Positions 9,954-18,896 of a DNA stretch of 64,000 nt are shown here, piece after piece (within the stretch, counting starts at the first letter, position 1; each line of letters starts with the position of its first letter). A program made the translations under genes and the position numbers. The notes below the pieces were generated by a model that was not told the DNA's origin, made no database searches, and saw nothing but the letters and a program-made list of their open reading frames with translations. This DNA comes from an uncultured Gemmatimonadota bacterium (lineage in GTDB: Bacteria; ARS69), in assembly GCA_964471155.1 (NCBI GenBank), contig CAYYFX010000002.1, positions 9,852 through 73,851 on the forward strand. Direction: 5' to 3'.

Positions 9954-12379
9954 CGCCCCGGGGCGGCCACCGCGCAGCGGCATCCCCGGAGCAGGCGCTC
10001 GCCGCCGCGCTGGCGGAACAACGCCAGCGCCTCCTGCCGCCCGGCGTCCGCGATCCCCAGGATCTCCGCGAAGGCGGGGTGGCTCCGCAGCGGATCGAAC
10101 ACCGGGCTCCACCGCAGGGTGGGCGCGGCGAAGTAGCCGCCGGTCACCGCGCGGCGGATCAGCTCGAGCGACGCCTCGTGTCCGCCGGCGTCGCAGAGGA
10201 GCCACCCCGTCTGGAACACCGCTTCGGGGTCCTCCTTGATGCGGCCGCGGAACGCCTGCGCGTACGCGACCATGTCGGCCGGACGGCGGTCCAGCCACGC
10301 CATCAGCAGATCGGCCCACGTCTGGAACGTCGGCAGAGCCTCCGTGCCGCGACGCATCTCCGTGACGAGGACGCGCGCGTGATCGCGGCGTCCGGCGAGG
10401 CCGACCGCGATCGCGCGCAGGGCCTCGCCCCCCGTCCGGCCGCGCGCGGCCCCCTCTCCCGCTTCGAGGCGATCCAGTTCGCCCTTGCACAGCAGCGTCT
10501 GCCCCAGGCTCGTGGGCACGTTCGGGTCCAGGCGCCGGGCCTCCTCGTGCGCGGCCACGGCCTCGTCCAGGAGACCGCAGTAGCGGCACACCTGCCCCAG
10601 CCCGGCGAACAGCTCGGGGTCGTTCCCGTGCCGCGCCGCCTGGTCCAGGAGCCGCCCGAGTGCGGACCGCCACTGGCCCATGCCCGCCTCGATGTTCGCG
10701 TAGAACTTGTGCGCGAGCGCGAGGCGCGGGTCCAGCTCCAGCGCGCGCTGCAGCGCCTTCACGGCCTGCTCGTCGCTTCCCTCCGTGTCCGCGAGATAGC
10801 GACCGATCAGCCAGTGGCAGCGGCCCAGCGCCGCCCACGCCGGCGCGAAGTCCGGGTCCGCCTCCAGGCTGCGCAGGTACAGGTCGCGCGCGCGGGGGGC
10901 GTGCTCGTACTTCAGCGCCACCTCGTTCGCCTGCAGGTACAGGAGGTACGCGCGGTCGTCGGGCGGCGTGTCCGGCGCGGGCGTGGGCCGCGGGCCGGCG
11001 AGCGGCAGCGATAGCGCGTCCACCACGCGCCGCGCGAGATCATCCTGGAGCTGGAACAGGTCTCCCAGCGGGACCTGGATCGTCTCCGACGTGAGCAGGG
11101 CGCCGCTCGGGGCGTCCACGAGCTGCGCGGTGGCGCGGAGCTGGTCCCCCGCGCGCAGCACGGAGCCGAGCACCACGCGATCCACGTCCATCTCGGCCGC
11201 GAGCGCCTTCAGGTCCGGCGTCTCGCCGGTGAAGCGCGCGGCGGCCGCGCTCGAGCGCACGAGCAGCGACTCGCGTCCCGACAAGGACGTGGCGATGGCA
11301 TCCGGCAGGCTGAACGCCAGGAAGTCCGTCTCCGTGTCGGGACGCAGCACGCGGAACGGCAGCACCACGAGTCGCGTGAGCGCGCGGATCGCCGTGGGGG
11401 TCTCGTCGCCGGCGTCGCGGCCGGCGGCGCGCAGCGCGTCCGCCATCTCCTCCGCCGACGCCGGGCGCTCCTCGGGTCGCTTCGCGAGCGCGCGCCGGAT
11501 CACGCGGTCCACCGCGGCTGCCGCCGGCGACCCCGTGAGCGCGGGCGGCTGCTCGTGCAGCACCGCGTGCAGGACCCCCACGACGTTGCTGCCGCGGAAC
11601 GCGGGACGCCCCGCCAGCATCTCGAACAGCACGGCACCCACCGCGAAGAGATCGCTGCGGCCGTCCAGCGCCTCGTCGTTCACGCGCTCCGGCGCCATGT
11701 AGCCCGGCGTGCCCACGAGCACGCCCGCGCGCGTGAGGTCCGCGTCCGCGCCGGCGAAGGGCGCGGTCTCGCCGCCGGGGGAGCGCGCGAGGCCGAAGTC
11801 CAGCAGCTTCACGCCGTGCGGCGTCAGGATCACGTTCGAAGGCTTGAGGTCCCGGTGCACGATGCCGCGCGCGTGCAGCGCGGAGAGTGCGGCGAGGATG
11901 CCGAGCCCCACCGACACCGTCTCCGCCACGCCCACGGGTCCGCGCCGCAGCCGATCGGCGAGCGACTCCCCCTCGAGCAGCTCCATCGCGAGGAAGAGCC
12001 GCCCGTCCTCCTCGCCGATCTCGTGGATCTGGCAGACGTTCGGATGGTTCACGCTGGCGGCGGCGCGCGCCTCGCGCCAGAACCGCTGCCGCGCGACCTC
12101 GTCGTGCTCCGGAAGGGACATCACCTTGACGGCCACGGTGCGCTCGAGCCGGTCATCCCGCGCCGCGTACACCACGCCCATGCCGCCCTGCCCCAGCTTG
12201 CGCAGCACGGTGTACCGGCCGATGCGCGCGGGGTCGGCCCGGTCGGGCTCCGCGGCGAACTCCCCGCCGCCGGCCAGCGACGGCGGCGTGCCGCGGCGGA
12301 ACCAGTCGGCGAGGGCCCGCCACGGGCTGCCGGGGGACTGCGACCGCTTGTCCGTCACGGAGTGTCGTCTCCCCGGCAT
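9950..12379 (-). CDS. serine/threonine protein kinase with TolB-N-like and TPR C-terminal region (809 aa)
   Basis: Hanks kinase motifs are present: GQGGMGVVY, VAVKV, HRDLKPSN, DFGLA, GTPGYMAPE. TPR-like repeats follow. The ATG at 12379 (MPGRRHS) is the first start before the kinase domain; the upstream part of ORF 9950..13105 is Arg/Pro-rich noise. Confidence 0.9.
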   Translation of the reverse strand: MPGRRHSVTDKRSQSPGSPWRALADWFRRGTPPSLAGGGEFAAEPDRADPARIGRYTVLRKLGQGGMGVVYAARDDRLERTVAVKVMSLPEHDEVARQRFWREARAAASVNHPNVCQIHEIGEEDGRLFLAMELLEGESLADRLRRGPVGVAETVSVGLGILAALSALHARGIVHRDLKPSNVILTPHGVKLLDFGLARSPGGETAPFAGADADLTRAGVLVGTPGYMAPERVNDEALDGRSDLFAVGAVLFEMLAGRPAFRGSNVVGVLHAVLHEQPPALTGSPAAAAVDRVIRRALAKRPEERPASAEEMADALRAAGRDAGDETPTAIRALTRLVVLPFRVLRPDTETDFLAFSLPDAIATSLSGRESLLVRSSAAAARFTGETPDLKALAAEMDVDRVVLGSVLRAGDQLRATAQLVDAPSGALLTSETIQVPLGDLFQLQDDLARRVVDALSLPLAGPRPTPAPDTPPDDRAYLLYLQANEVALKYEHAPRARDLYLRSLEADPDFAPAWAALGRCHWLIGRYLADTEGSDEQAVKALQRALELDPRLALAHKFYANIEAGMGQWRSALGRLLDQAARHGNDPELFAGLGQVCRYCGLLDEAVAAHEEARRLDPNVPTSLGQTLLCKGELDRLEAGEGAARGRTGGEALRAIAVGLAGRRDHARVLVTEMRRGTEALPTFQTWADLLMAWLDRRPADMVAYAQAFRGRIKEDPEAVFQTGWLLCDAGGHEASLELIRRAVTGGYFAAPTLRWSPVFDPLRSHPAFAEILGIADAGRQEALALFRQRGGERLLRGCRCAVAAPGR

Positions 12380-12531
12380 GGTGGCCGTGGTCCGCGGGGC
12401 CGGAAGCGTGCGAAGGGGCGTCCGCGCCGCGCGGCCTTGCTGCCGGTGCGGAGCGGTGCCGGGGAGCCTAGCAGAACGGGGCGTTCCGATCACCCGACGC
12501 TTCCGCCCCTTGCGAAAGTGACGCGAGCCGG

Positions 12532-12561
12532 TTGCGACGCACCGGACCGCTTCCGTATGCT
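12532..12561 (+). promoter_or_regulatory. candidate sigma70-type promoter (TTGCGA - 18 nt - TATGCT)
   Basis: Hexamers were read directly in the divergent kinase/secreted-protein intergenic region. A second TTGCGA lies 22 nt upstream. Confidence 0.25.
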
Positions 12562-12677
12562 CGCGAGGTCCGCACGGGATGCTGCGCCGGCCGCGACCGC
12601 CGGCCGCGCAAGACCCCGACCTCGTCCTCGGCGTCCATCCCTCCGCCCGGACCGCGGTCCCTGCAGGGAGGTCGTCG

Positions 12678-13256
12678 ATGTGCAGTCCGATCCCGCGAGG
12701 GGCACGCCGCCCTTCGCGTCCGACCCTCGTTCTTCTCGCCGCCGGGTTCCTGGCATGGCCCGCGGGCGTCACGGCCCAGGAACTGGAACGCGCCGCGTTC
12801 TCCGGCGGGGCCGCGGACGGCGCCGGCGGAGGACTGCGCCTGCGCGGCACGCTCGGCGAGGCCGGGTTCGTGGGCCGCACGTCCGGCCCGTCCCTCTCCC
12901 TGAGCGAGGGATTCTGGGCGCGGGCGTTCTTCTCGATCGCGTCCGACGCCCCGGGTTCACCGGTCACCGCGCCGGCTTTCGTGAACGAGCTGCTGCCGGG
13001 CTTCCCGAACCCGTTCCGCGACGCGACGACGTTCGCCTTCGGCGTGGAGCAGCCGTCCCCCGTGCGCTTCCGGGTCTTCGACGTCGCCGGTCGGCGCGTG
13101 GCCACGCTGCTGGACGAAGGCCTCCCCGCCGGACGCCACGAGCTCCGGTGGACGGGTCGAGACGATCTCGGCCGCAGCGTCGCTTCCGGCGTCTACTTCT
13201 ACCGGCTGGACATCGGCGATTGGTCGCGCACCGAGCGCGTGCTGAAGCTGCGATGA
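12678..13256 (+). CDS. small secreted protein: Gly-rich N-terminal unit plus FlgD-Ig/T9SS-type C-terminal domain (192 aa)
   Basis: GGGAGG RBS before the ATG at 12678. Signal peptide is RPTLVLLAAGFLAWPAGVTAQ. The CTD runs FPNPF...GVYFYRL...VLKLR. Confidence 0.85.
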   Translation: MCSPIPRGARRPSRPTLVLLAAGFLAWPAGVTAQELERAAFSGGAADGAGGGLRLRGTLGEAGFVGRTSGPSLSLSEGFWARAFFSIASDAPGSPVTAPAFVNELLPGFPNPFRDATTFAFGVEQPSPVRFRVFDVAGRRVATLLDEGLPAGRHELRWTGRDDLGRSVASGVYFYRLDIGDWSRTERVLKLR

Positions 13257-13333
13257 CGGCGCCCGCCCTCGTCTTCCGGTCCATGTTCCCGGGCTCCCGT
13301 CCCGGCCACCGACACATCCCGTGGAGGTCCCCC

Positions 13334-15256
13334 ATGTTCCGCATCCCTCCCGTCGTCGCGGCCCCGGTCGCGCTCGTGCTCATGTTCGCCACCTCGCTGC
13401 ACGCGGCGGATCGCGCGCCGACCGACGCCGCTGCCGCACCTCCGGCCCCCGCGAACCTCGCGGCCGACGTCCCCGACGCGACCGTGCTCGGCGCGCCGGC
13501 CGGCGTCCCCTTCCAGGGTTTCCTCACCGACGCCGGCGGCAACCCGCTCGGCGTTCCTTCGCCCGTGAACGTCACGGTGGACTTCCGCTTCTACGACGCG
13601 GCCGGCGGCGGCACGCTCCTGCACAGCGAGGCGCACGTCGTCCCGGTGTCCGAGGGCGTGTTCCAGGCGGCGCTGAGCCCGCCGGCGAACCTCTTCCACG
13701 ACACGCCGCGGTTCCTCGGCCTCGCCGTCGACGGCGGCGCCGAGCTCACGCCCCGCACCGAGGTGCTGTCCGCGCCCTTCGCGCTCGTGAGCGAGACGCT
13801 GTCGGGATTCGGGACCGTGGACGCCCAGGTGACGGACAGCCGGGGGCTGACCGCGATCGTGGCGGGCACGACGGACCAGAACGTGCGCCGCTTCTACCTG
13901 GAGGCGGCCGGCGGCTCCTCGTGGACGGGCCGCGACGGCCGGCTCGTCGTCTCCGCGAACGGTCCGGGCGGCGCCGACGGCACGATCACCGTGCGCCGGC
14001 AGGGGGTCACGATCGCCACGCTCGACGTGCCGGCGGGTGGCGCGCGCCCGTGGACGTGGATCGTGGATGTGCCCTCGCTCGTGAACGGGGAGGTCATCGA
14101 CGTCCTGGCCCGCGCGGACGTGGCCACGGCGCCGCTGCTCGTGTGCCCGGTCACCCTGGAAACCGCGGCCACCGGAGCCGGGACGGACGGGGACTGGACC
14201 GTCGTGGGAGCCGACATGAACTCGGCTGTGGCCGGGAACGTCGGCATCGGCGTCGCCGCGGCCGCGACCGACGCGAAGCTGGACATCGACTCCGGGACCG
14301 GCAAGGGGGTCGAGATCCGGAACTCCGGCACCGGGAACAACGTGGCGCTCTTCGCGCAGAACTCGGCGGGCGTGTCCGCGCGGTTCCACAGCGCGTCGAA
14401 CTTCTTCACCGGAACGCTGGCCACGCCTACCGCCCTCGTGGCCTCCGCGGGCGGGTCGGACTGGGGCTCGTTCTTCTTCGCCGAGGACAACACCGCCGTG
14501 GTCGCCCATGTGGCCGGCTCCGGCACGGCGCTCGTGGCGCGGGACGTGGGCGGGTTCGGCAAGGCCGCCGAGTTCCAGGGCGACGTGGACATGCTCGACG
14601 ATCTCACGGTCGACCGGGTCGTGCGGACGGACTCGTTGAACGCGCCGAGCGGCACGTTCGCGGTGACGGGCAACCTCACCTCCACGAACGGGGACTTCTA
14701 CGCCGCCTCGCTCAACGGCGTGATCAACTGCGGCGGCGGCTTCATGGGCGACTTCTCCAACATCATCTCCGACGTGGTCCCGACGATCACGTTCGCGGTC
14801 GGCGACGAGGACCTGTACATCCAGGACGACCTGGAGGTGCTCGGCCAGGGCTACAAGCCCGGCGGCGGCTCGTGGGCCACGGTGTCCGACGCGCGGCTGA
14901 AGAGGGACATCCGGGACTTCGAGGACGGCCTGGACGCGGTGCTGAAGCTCAACCCGGTCTGGTACCGCTACAGCGAGGCCTCGCCGTTCGCGGACGAGCG
15001 CGAGTACGTGGGCGTCGTGGCGCAGGACGTGCGCGAGGTCGCCCCGTACATGGTGGAGGAGAAGGCGCTGCAGCAGGTCGTCCGCGAGGATGAGCAGGGC
15101 AACGAGGTCATCCTGGATCCCGGCGAGCGGTACCTGACCTACGACCCCTCCGCGCTCGTGTACCTGCTCGTGAACGCCGTGCAGCAGCAGCAGGCGATGC
15201 TCGAGGAGCAGCGCGGGCGGATCGAGGCGCTGGAGCGGTCGTTGGGCGGGCGGTAG
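13334..15256 (+). CDS. tail fibre domain-containing secreted protein with C-terminal peptidase S74 intramolecular chaperone domain (640 aa)
   Basis: GGAGG RBS before the ATG at 13334. Signal peptide is MFRIPPVVAAPVALVLMFATSLHA. The C-terminus reads TVSDARLKRDIRDF...GVVAQDVREVAPYMV...ALVYLLVNAVQQQQAMLEEQ, which is the endosialidase-chaperone pattern. Confidence 0.9.
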   Translation: MFRIPPVVAAPVALVLMFATSLHAADRAPTDAAAAPPAPANLAADVPDATVLGAPAGVPFQGFLTDAGGNPLGVPSPVNVTVDFRFYDAAGGGTLLHSEAHVVPVSEGVFQAALSPPANLFHDTPRFLGLAVDGGAELTPRTEVLSAPFALVSETLSGFGTVDAQVTDSRGLTAIVAGTTDQNVRRFYLEAAGGSSWTGRDGRLVVSANGPGGADGTITVRRQGVTIATLDVPAGGARPWTWIVDVPSLVNGEVIDVLARADVATAPLLVCPVTLETAATGAGTDGDWTVVGADMNSAVAGNVGIGVAAAATDAKLDIDSGTGKGVEIRNSGTGNNVALFAQNSAGVSARFHSASNFFTGTLATPTALVASAGGSDWGSFFFAEDNTAVVAHVAGSGTALVARDVGGFGKAAEFQGDVDMLDDLTVDRVVRTDSLNAPSGTFAVTGNLTSTNGDFYAASLNGVINCGGGFMGDFSNIISDVVPTITFAVGDEDLYIQDDLEVLGQGYKPGGGSWATVSDARLKRDIRDFEDGLDAVLKLNPVWYRYSEASPFADEREYVGVVAQDVREVAPYMVEEKALQQVVREDEQGNEVILDPGERYLTYDPSALVYLLVNAVQQQQAMLEEQRGRIEALERSLGGR

Positions 15257-15274
15257 ATCGGTCAGCCGGCGGGG

Positions 15275-15303
15275 TTGCGCGACGGACGTTGTTTCGATAT
15301 ATA
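15275..15303 (+). promoter_or_regulatory. candidate sigma70-type promoter (TTGCGC - 17 nt - TATATA) upstream of the ArsR-family gene
   Basis: This is the only AT-rich island in the neighbourhood. The hexamers and the 17-nt spacer were read directly. Confidence 0.35.
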
Positions 15304-15309
15304 TCAAAC
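15291..15309. promoter_or_regulatory. candidate operator: imperfect palindrome GTTTCGATATATATCAAAC (core GATATATATC is perfect)
   Basis: The inverted repeat overlaps the putative -10 element, 38 nt upstream of the ArsR-family start codon. Confidence 0.35.
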
Positions 15310-15346
15310 CAACGATGTCTAACGCGACGCCCCCGGAGGACGCGCC

Positions 15347-15970
15347 ATGACCCCGACCGGACCGCAGGACCGCACCGAAGCCCCCGACCTGGACCGCGCC
15401 GTGGACCTCTTCAAGGCGCTCGCGGACCCCGTCCGCCTGCGCATCCTGGGGCTCCTCGTCGAGGAGGAGCGCTGCGGGCAGGAGCTCGCGGAGACGCTGC
15501 ACCTCGCCCCGGGCACGGTGACCCACCACCTCCGCATGCTGCGCGACCTGGGTCTCCTCACCGAGGAGCGGCGGCCGCCGTACACCTACGTGCGGCTGGA
15601 CCACGCGAAGCTGCGCGAGGCCGTCGTGCCCTTCCTGAAGAAGGAGCGGATGCAGCAGTTCGCCGCGGGGCCGGACGTGGACGCGGAGCGGCGCAAGGTG
15701 CTGCGCGCGTTCTTCGACGGGCCGAAGCTCCTGGCCATCCCGGCGCAGCGGCGCAAGAAGGAGATCGTGTTCGAGGAGATCCTGCGGCGACTGCCGAACC
15801 AGACCTCGTTCGACGAGGCCACGCTCAGCCGGTTGATCGAGGAGATCCACCCGGACTTCTGCACGATCCGGCGGGAGTTCATCATGTGCCGGTACATGGA
15901 ACGCGAGGGCGGCATGTACCGCTGGACGGATCGCGGTCGCGCCGTGCGCAAGGCGGGCCGGCGGGGCTGA
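15347..15970 (+). CDS. ArsR/SmtB-family transcriptional regulator fused to a DUF2087-like C-terminal domain (207 aa)
   Basis: The winged HTH is FKALADPVRLRILGLLVEEERCGQELAETLHLAPGTVTHHLRMLRDLGLL. The C-terminal part (RKKEIVFEEILRRL...FIMCRYMEREGGMYR) is DUF2087-like. GGAGG lies 7 nt before the ATG. Confidence 0.9.
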   Translation: MTPTGPQDRTEAPDLDRAVDLFKALADPVRLRILGLLVEEERCGQELAETLHLAPGTVTHHLRMLRDLGLLTEERRPPYTYVRLDHAKLREAVVPFLKKERMQQFAAGPDVDAERRKVLRAFFDGPKLLAIPAQRRKKEIVFEEILRRLPNQTSFDEATLSRLIEEIHPDFCTIRREFIMCRYMEREGGMYRWTDRGRAVRKAGRRG

Positions 15971-16012
15971 TCCCGCCGGCCCCCGGCCGCCGCGCCTCCC
16001 GCCCGCCGTTCG

Positions 16013-18664
16013 CTACAGGCTGAACCAGCGGTTCATCTTGATCAGGAACACGTTGTGCGGGTGGACGTCGAAGAGCGCGTCCACGTCCCCGGTCAGGTCG
16101 AAGCTCCCGTCCGGCTCGTAGCCGAACCGCGCCTGCGACCACACCAGGTACAGGCTGGAGCCCGGCGAGTACTGCCAGCGCACCACCAGGTTCGAGTTGA
16201 AGTCCCGCACGTTGAAGTCCGGGTTGCCGAAGGAGTAGTCGGCCGCGTCGTCGCCGTCCTCGTCCACGCGGTACGCGCCGGCCGCCGCGTCGTAGGTCAC
16301 GTCGCCTTCCAGCCGGCGGAAGCGGTCCGCGTAGCGCTCCGCGCGCGGCGCGGTCACCCGCTTGAAGTCCCGGTACCGTCCCGCGGACACGAACGGCGCC
16401 CCGTAGTACTGCACGGTCAGCGTGGGCGTGATGCTGTAGTCCAGCCGCAGGGACATCTCCACCGTCTTCTGGTCCAGCGCGCCGTACACGTAGCCGCGCT
16501 CGCCGCCCAGGTCCACCGAGCGCACGAACTGGAAGTCCGGCTCCGAGTGCCGCCACGACGGCTCGGCCTGGATCCGCAGCGCGTCGTTCGGCCGCCACGC
16601 CAGGTACGTCCACGCGTTGCGCGACTTCCCGGCGTCGTCGTCCGTCCAGCCCAGCCCGCCGCCCACGCCGCCGGACAGCTTGCGCCGCGAGTCCGAGTTG
16701 AGCCCGGCGTTCGCGCCCACGTCCCCCGGCATGCGGATGGACGGGCCGCCGCGCAGTTCGTACGCGGAGATGCGCTCGTTCTGCCGCGTGACCGACGCGT
16801 TGTAGTTCCAGTTGTTCCGGAACGCCGCGTTCGTGTTGAAGTTGAACGCCTGGTACAGGTTCTCCCCGCCGTACTCGAAGTCCAGCCACTGGTTCGCGTT
16901 GAACGACATCCGGCGGAAGATCCCGAACGGGTTCCGCAAGGAGTAGCCCAGCCAGCCGAACTGGTTGATCTCGTCCGTGTTGCGCACGAAGCCCGCGTCG
17001 TTGATCTCGAACCCGGCGGAGCGCCACGCCACGCCGGTGTCCGCGTTCAGCTTCCCGCTGGACCTCCCCACCCGCACGCTCCCGGAGTGCCCCGCGAGGC
17101 TGGTCCGCGTGCTGTCCACGGACTGGCCCTCGTTGTCCGGGCGCTGGAAATAGTGCGCCGGAGCGGTCTGCGTGCGGAGGATGGCCTCCCGGCTCCCGGC
17201 CACGCGGCTGCCCAGCACGTTCACCGCCAGGTAGTACTCCCGCTGCCCGAAGTAGTGGAAGAGGTCCATCCCGCCCGCGTACGCGCTCTCGTGCAGGAAG
17301 TCCACCTCGTCGTCGTCGATGGCGCGGTTCACCGCGGTCACCATGGCGCCGATGCGCGTGTCGCCGCGCCGCAGGTCCTTCTGCACGCGACCCACCGCGA
17401 AGTTCGCCGCCGGCTCCACCGTGACGTCCCGTCGCGTCCCGTCCTCCGCCTCCACCCGCGCCCGCTCCCGCGCCGTGACGCTCTCCAGGAAGCCCACGGA
17501 CCAGCCGGACGGCGTCTTCCCCGTCAGCTTCGCCGCGCCCACGATGGACGTGTTCTCCGGCTGGTCCACGAAGCCGGCCTCGGAGAAGTCCGCGCGGTAC
17601 TGCGGCGCGCGCCCGATGCGCCGCGAGTAGAACAGCCGGTCCGTCGTGTGCGTGCCGAACGCGACCGACGGCGCGATCCGGAACTCCAGGATGTTCGCGC
17701 CCTCGATGAAGAACGGGCGGCGCTCGTCGAAGAACGATTCGAAGGCGGTGAGGTTGACCTCGGACGGATCCGCCTCCACCTGGCCGAAGTCCGGGTTGAC
17801 GGTGAGGTCCAGCGTGAGGGCCGTGGTCACGCCGAACTTCCCGTCCAGCCCGCCGGAGAGCTTCCCGCGCGACCCGTCCGCGAACGGATCGCCCGAGACC
17901 TGCTCGAACCGCTCGCCCTGGGCCACCACGTACGGCAGCACCTCCAGCCGCCGCGGCGCCTCGATGCCGCGGATCCCGCGCAGCTCGCCGAACCGGCTCA
18001 CCCAGCCGTCCTGGTCGCGCGGGATCTCCTGCCACACGGACCGCTCCTCCTGCCGGTGGATGCGCCGCTGCACCTGGATGCCCCACACGTGCTCCGGCTT
18101 GTCCGCGTACCGGAGCTGGCTGAGCGGGATGCGGGCCTCCGCGGTCCAGCCCTCCTCGTCGATGGCCGTGCGGTGCTCCCACACCGGATCCCAGTTGCCG
18201 TCCCAGTTCTGGCCGTCCTCGGAGACGAACTCGTCCCCCTGCGTCCCCGACACGCTCGCGGTGAACGAGAACGCGGTGCGGTGGTCGTGGTAGCTGTCGA
18301 TGTTGATCTCCACCCAGTCGCCCGGGAACTGGTCGCGGCGCCCGAGGATGCTCGCGATGCGCTGCGGCTCCGGGTCGAGCGCGCGGAACGCGACGTACAG
18401 GTTGGCGTCGTCGTACAGGATCTTGAACCGGGTGTCCGCGGTGGGCGGGGCGCCCTCCGTGGGCTCGCGCTGCGTGAAGCCGCCGGACCACTCCACCGCG
18501 TCCCAGACCGCGTCGTCGACGCGTCCGTCCAGGTGCGGGGCCGCGGGGGTGCGCGCGGTCGTATACGTGCGCGGGGCGCTCTCCGCGGAGGACGCGGCCA
18601 GGAGGAGGAGGGGGAGCAGGAAGAGGCGGACGCCGCGTCGCGACAGGGCGGGGAGTGCGCGCAT
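16013..18664 (-). CDS. DUF5916 / carbohydrate-binding family 9-like domain protein, probable outer-membrane barrel (883 aa)
   Basis: A signal peptide is present. The N-terminal part reads HLDGRVDDAVWD...FTQREP...DANLYVAFRA...GDWVEINIDSYHD. A long beta-rich C-terminal region ends in a terminal aromatic motif (NRWFSL). Confidence 0.85.
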   Translation of the reverse strand: MRALPALSRRGVRLFLLPLLLLAASSAESAPRTYTTARTPAAPHLDGRVDDAVWDAVEWSGGFTQREPTEGAPPTADTRFKILYDDANLYVAFRALDPEPQRIASILGRRDQFPGDWVEINIDSYHDHRTAFSFTASVSGTQGDEFVSEDGQNWDGNWDPVWEHRTAIDEEGWTAEARIPLSQLRYADKPEHVWGIQVQRRIHRQEERSVWQEIPRDQDGWVSRFGELRGIRGIEAPRRLEVLPYVVAQGERFEQVSGDPFADGSRGKLSGGLDGKFGVTTALTLDLTVNPDFGQVEADPSEVNLTAFESFFDERRPFFIEGANILEFRIAPSVAFGTHTTDRLFYSRRIGRAPQYRADFSEAGFVDQPENTSIVGAAKLTGKTPSGWSVGFLESVTARERARVEAEDGTRRDVTVEPAANFAVGRVQKDLRRGDTRIGAMVTAVNRAIDDDEVDFLHESAYAGGMDLFHYFGQREYYLAVNVLGSRVAGSREAILRTQTAPAHYFQRPDNEGQSVDSTRTSLAGHSGSVRVGRSSGKLNADTGVAWRSAGFEINDAGFVRNTDEINQFGWLGYSLRNPFGIFRRMSFNANQWLDFEYGGENLYQAFNFNTNAAFRNNWNYNASVTRQNERISAYELRGGPSIRMPGDVGANAGLNSDSRRKLSGGVGGGLGWTDDDAGKSRNAWTYLAWRPNDALRIQAEPSWRHSEPDFQFVRSVDLGGERGYVYGALDQKTVEMSLRLDYSITPTLTVQYYGAPFVSAGRYRDFKRVTAPRAERYADRFRRLEGDVTYDAAAGAYRVDEDGDDAADYSFGNPDFNVRDFNSNLVVRWQYSPGSSLYLVWSQARFGYEPDGSFDLTGDVDALFDVHPHNVFLIKMNRWFSL

Positions 18665-18788
18665 CAGGGGCCTCCGGGGACCGGGAGGGCCCGCGTCGGC
18701 GCGGACCCCCGCTTTCCCCTGAGACGCCGGCGCCGGACGGACCGTTCAGCGCTCCGGATCGCCGCCGTGCCGGTTCGTCCTCGGCCGG

Positions 18789-18858
18789 CGCCGGTCGGTC
18801 CCCGGCCCGCGCATCCGCGGCGACGCCGGTCGGTCCCCGGCCCGCGCGTCCGTGGCGG
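18789..18858. repeat. tandem direct repeat, 2 x 35 bp (32/35 identical)
   Basis: CGCCGGTCGGTCCCCGGCCCGCGCATCCGCGGCGA is followed immediately by CGCCGGTCGGTCCCCGGCCCGCGCGTCCGTGGCGG. It sits in the intergenic region between the TonB-receptor stop and the DUF5916 start. Confidence 0.7.
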
Positions 18859-18896
18859 CACGGGGCCGCTCCCGCCCGCCGCCGGATGCGTCCGGA

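Noticed and set aside
18789-18858. The tandem 35-bp repeat considered as a possible mini CRISPR array.
   Set aside because: There are only two directly abutting copies with no spacer, no further repeats and no cas genes, so it is not a CRISPR array.
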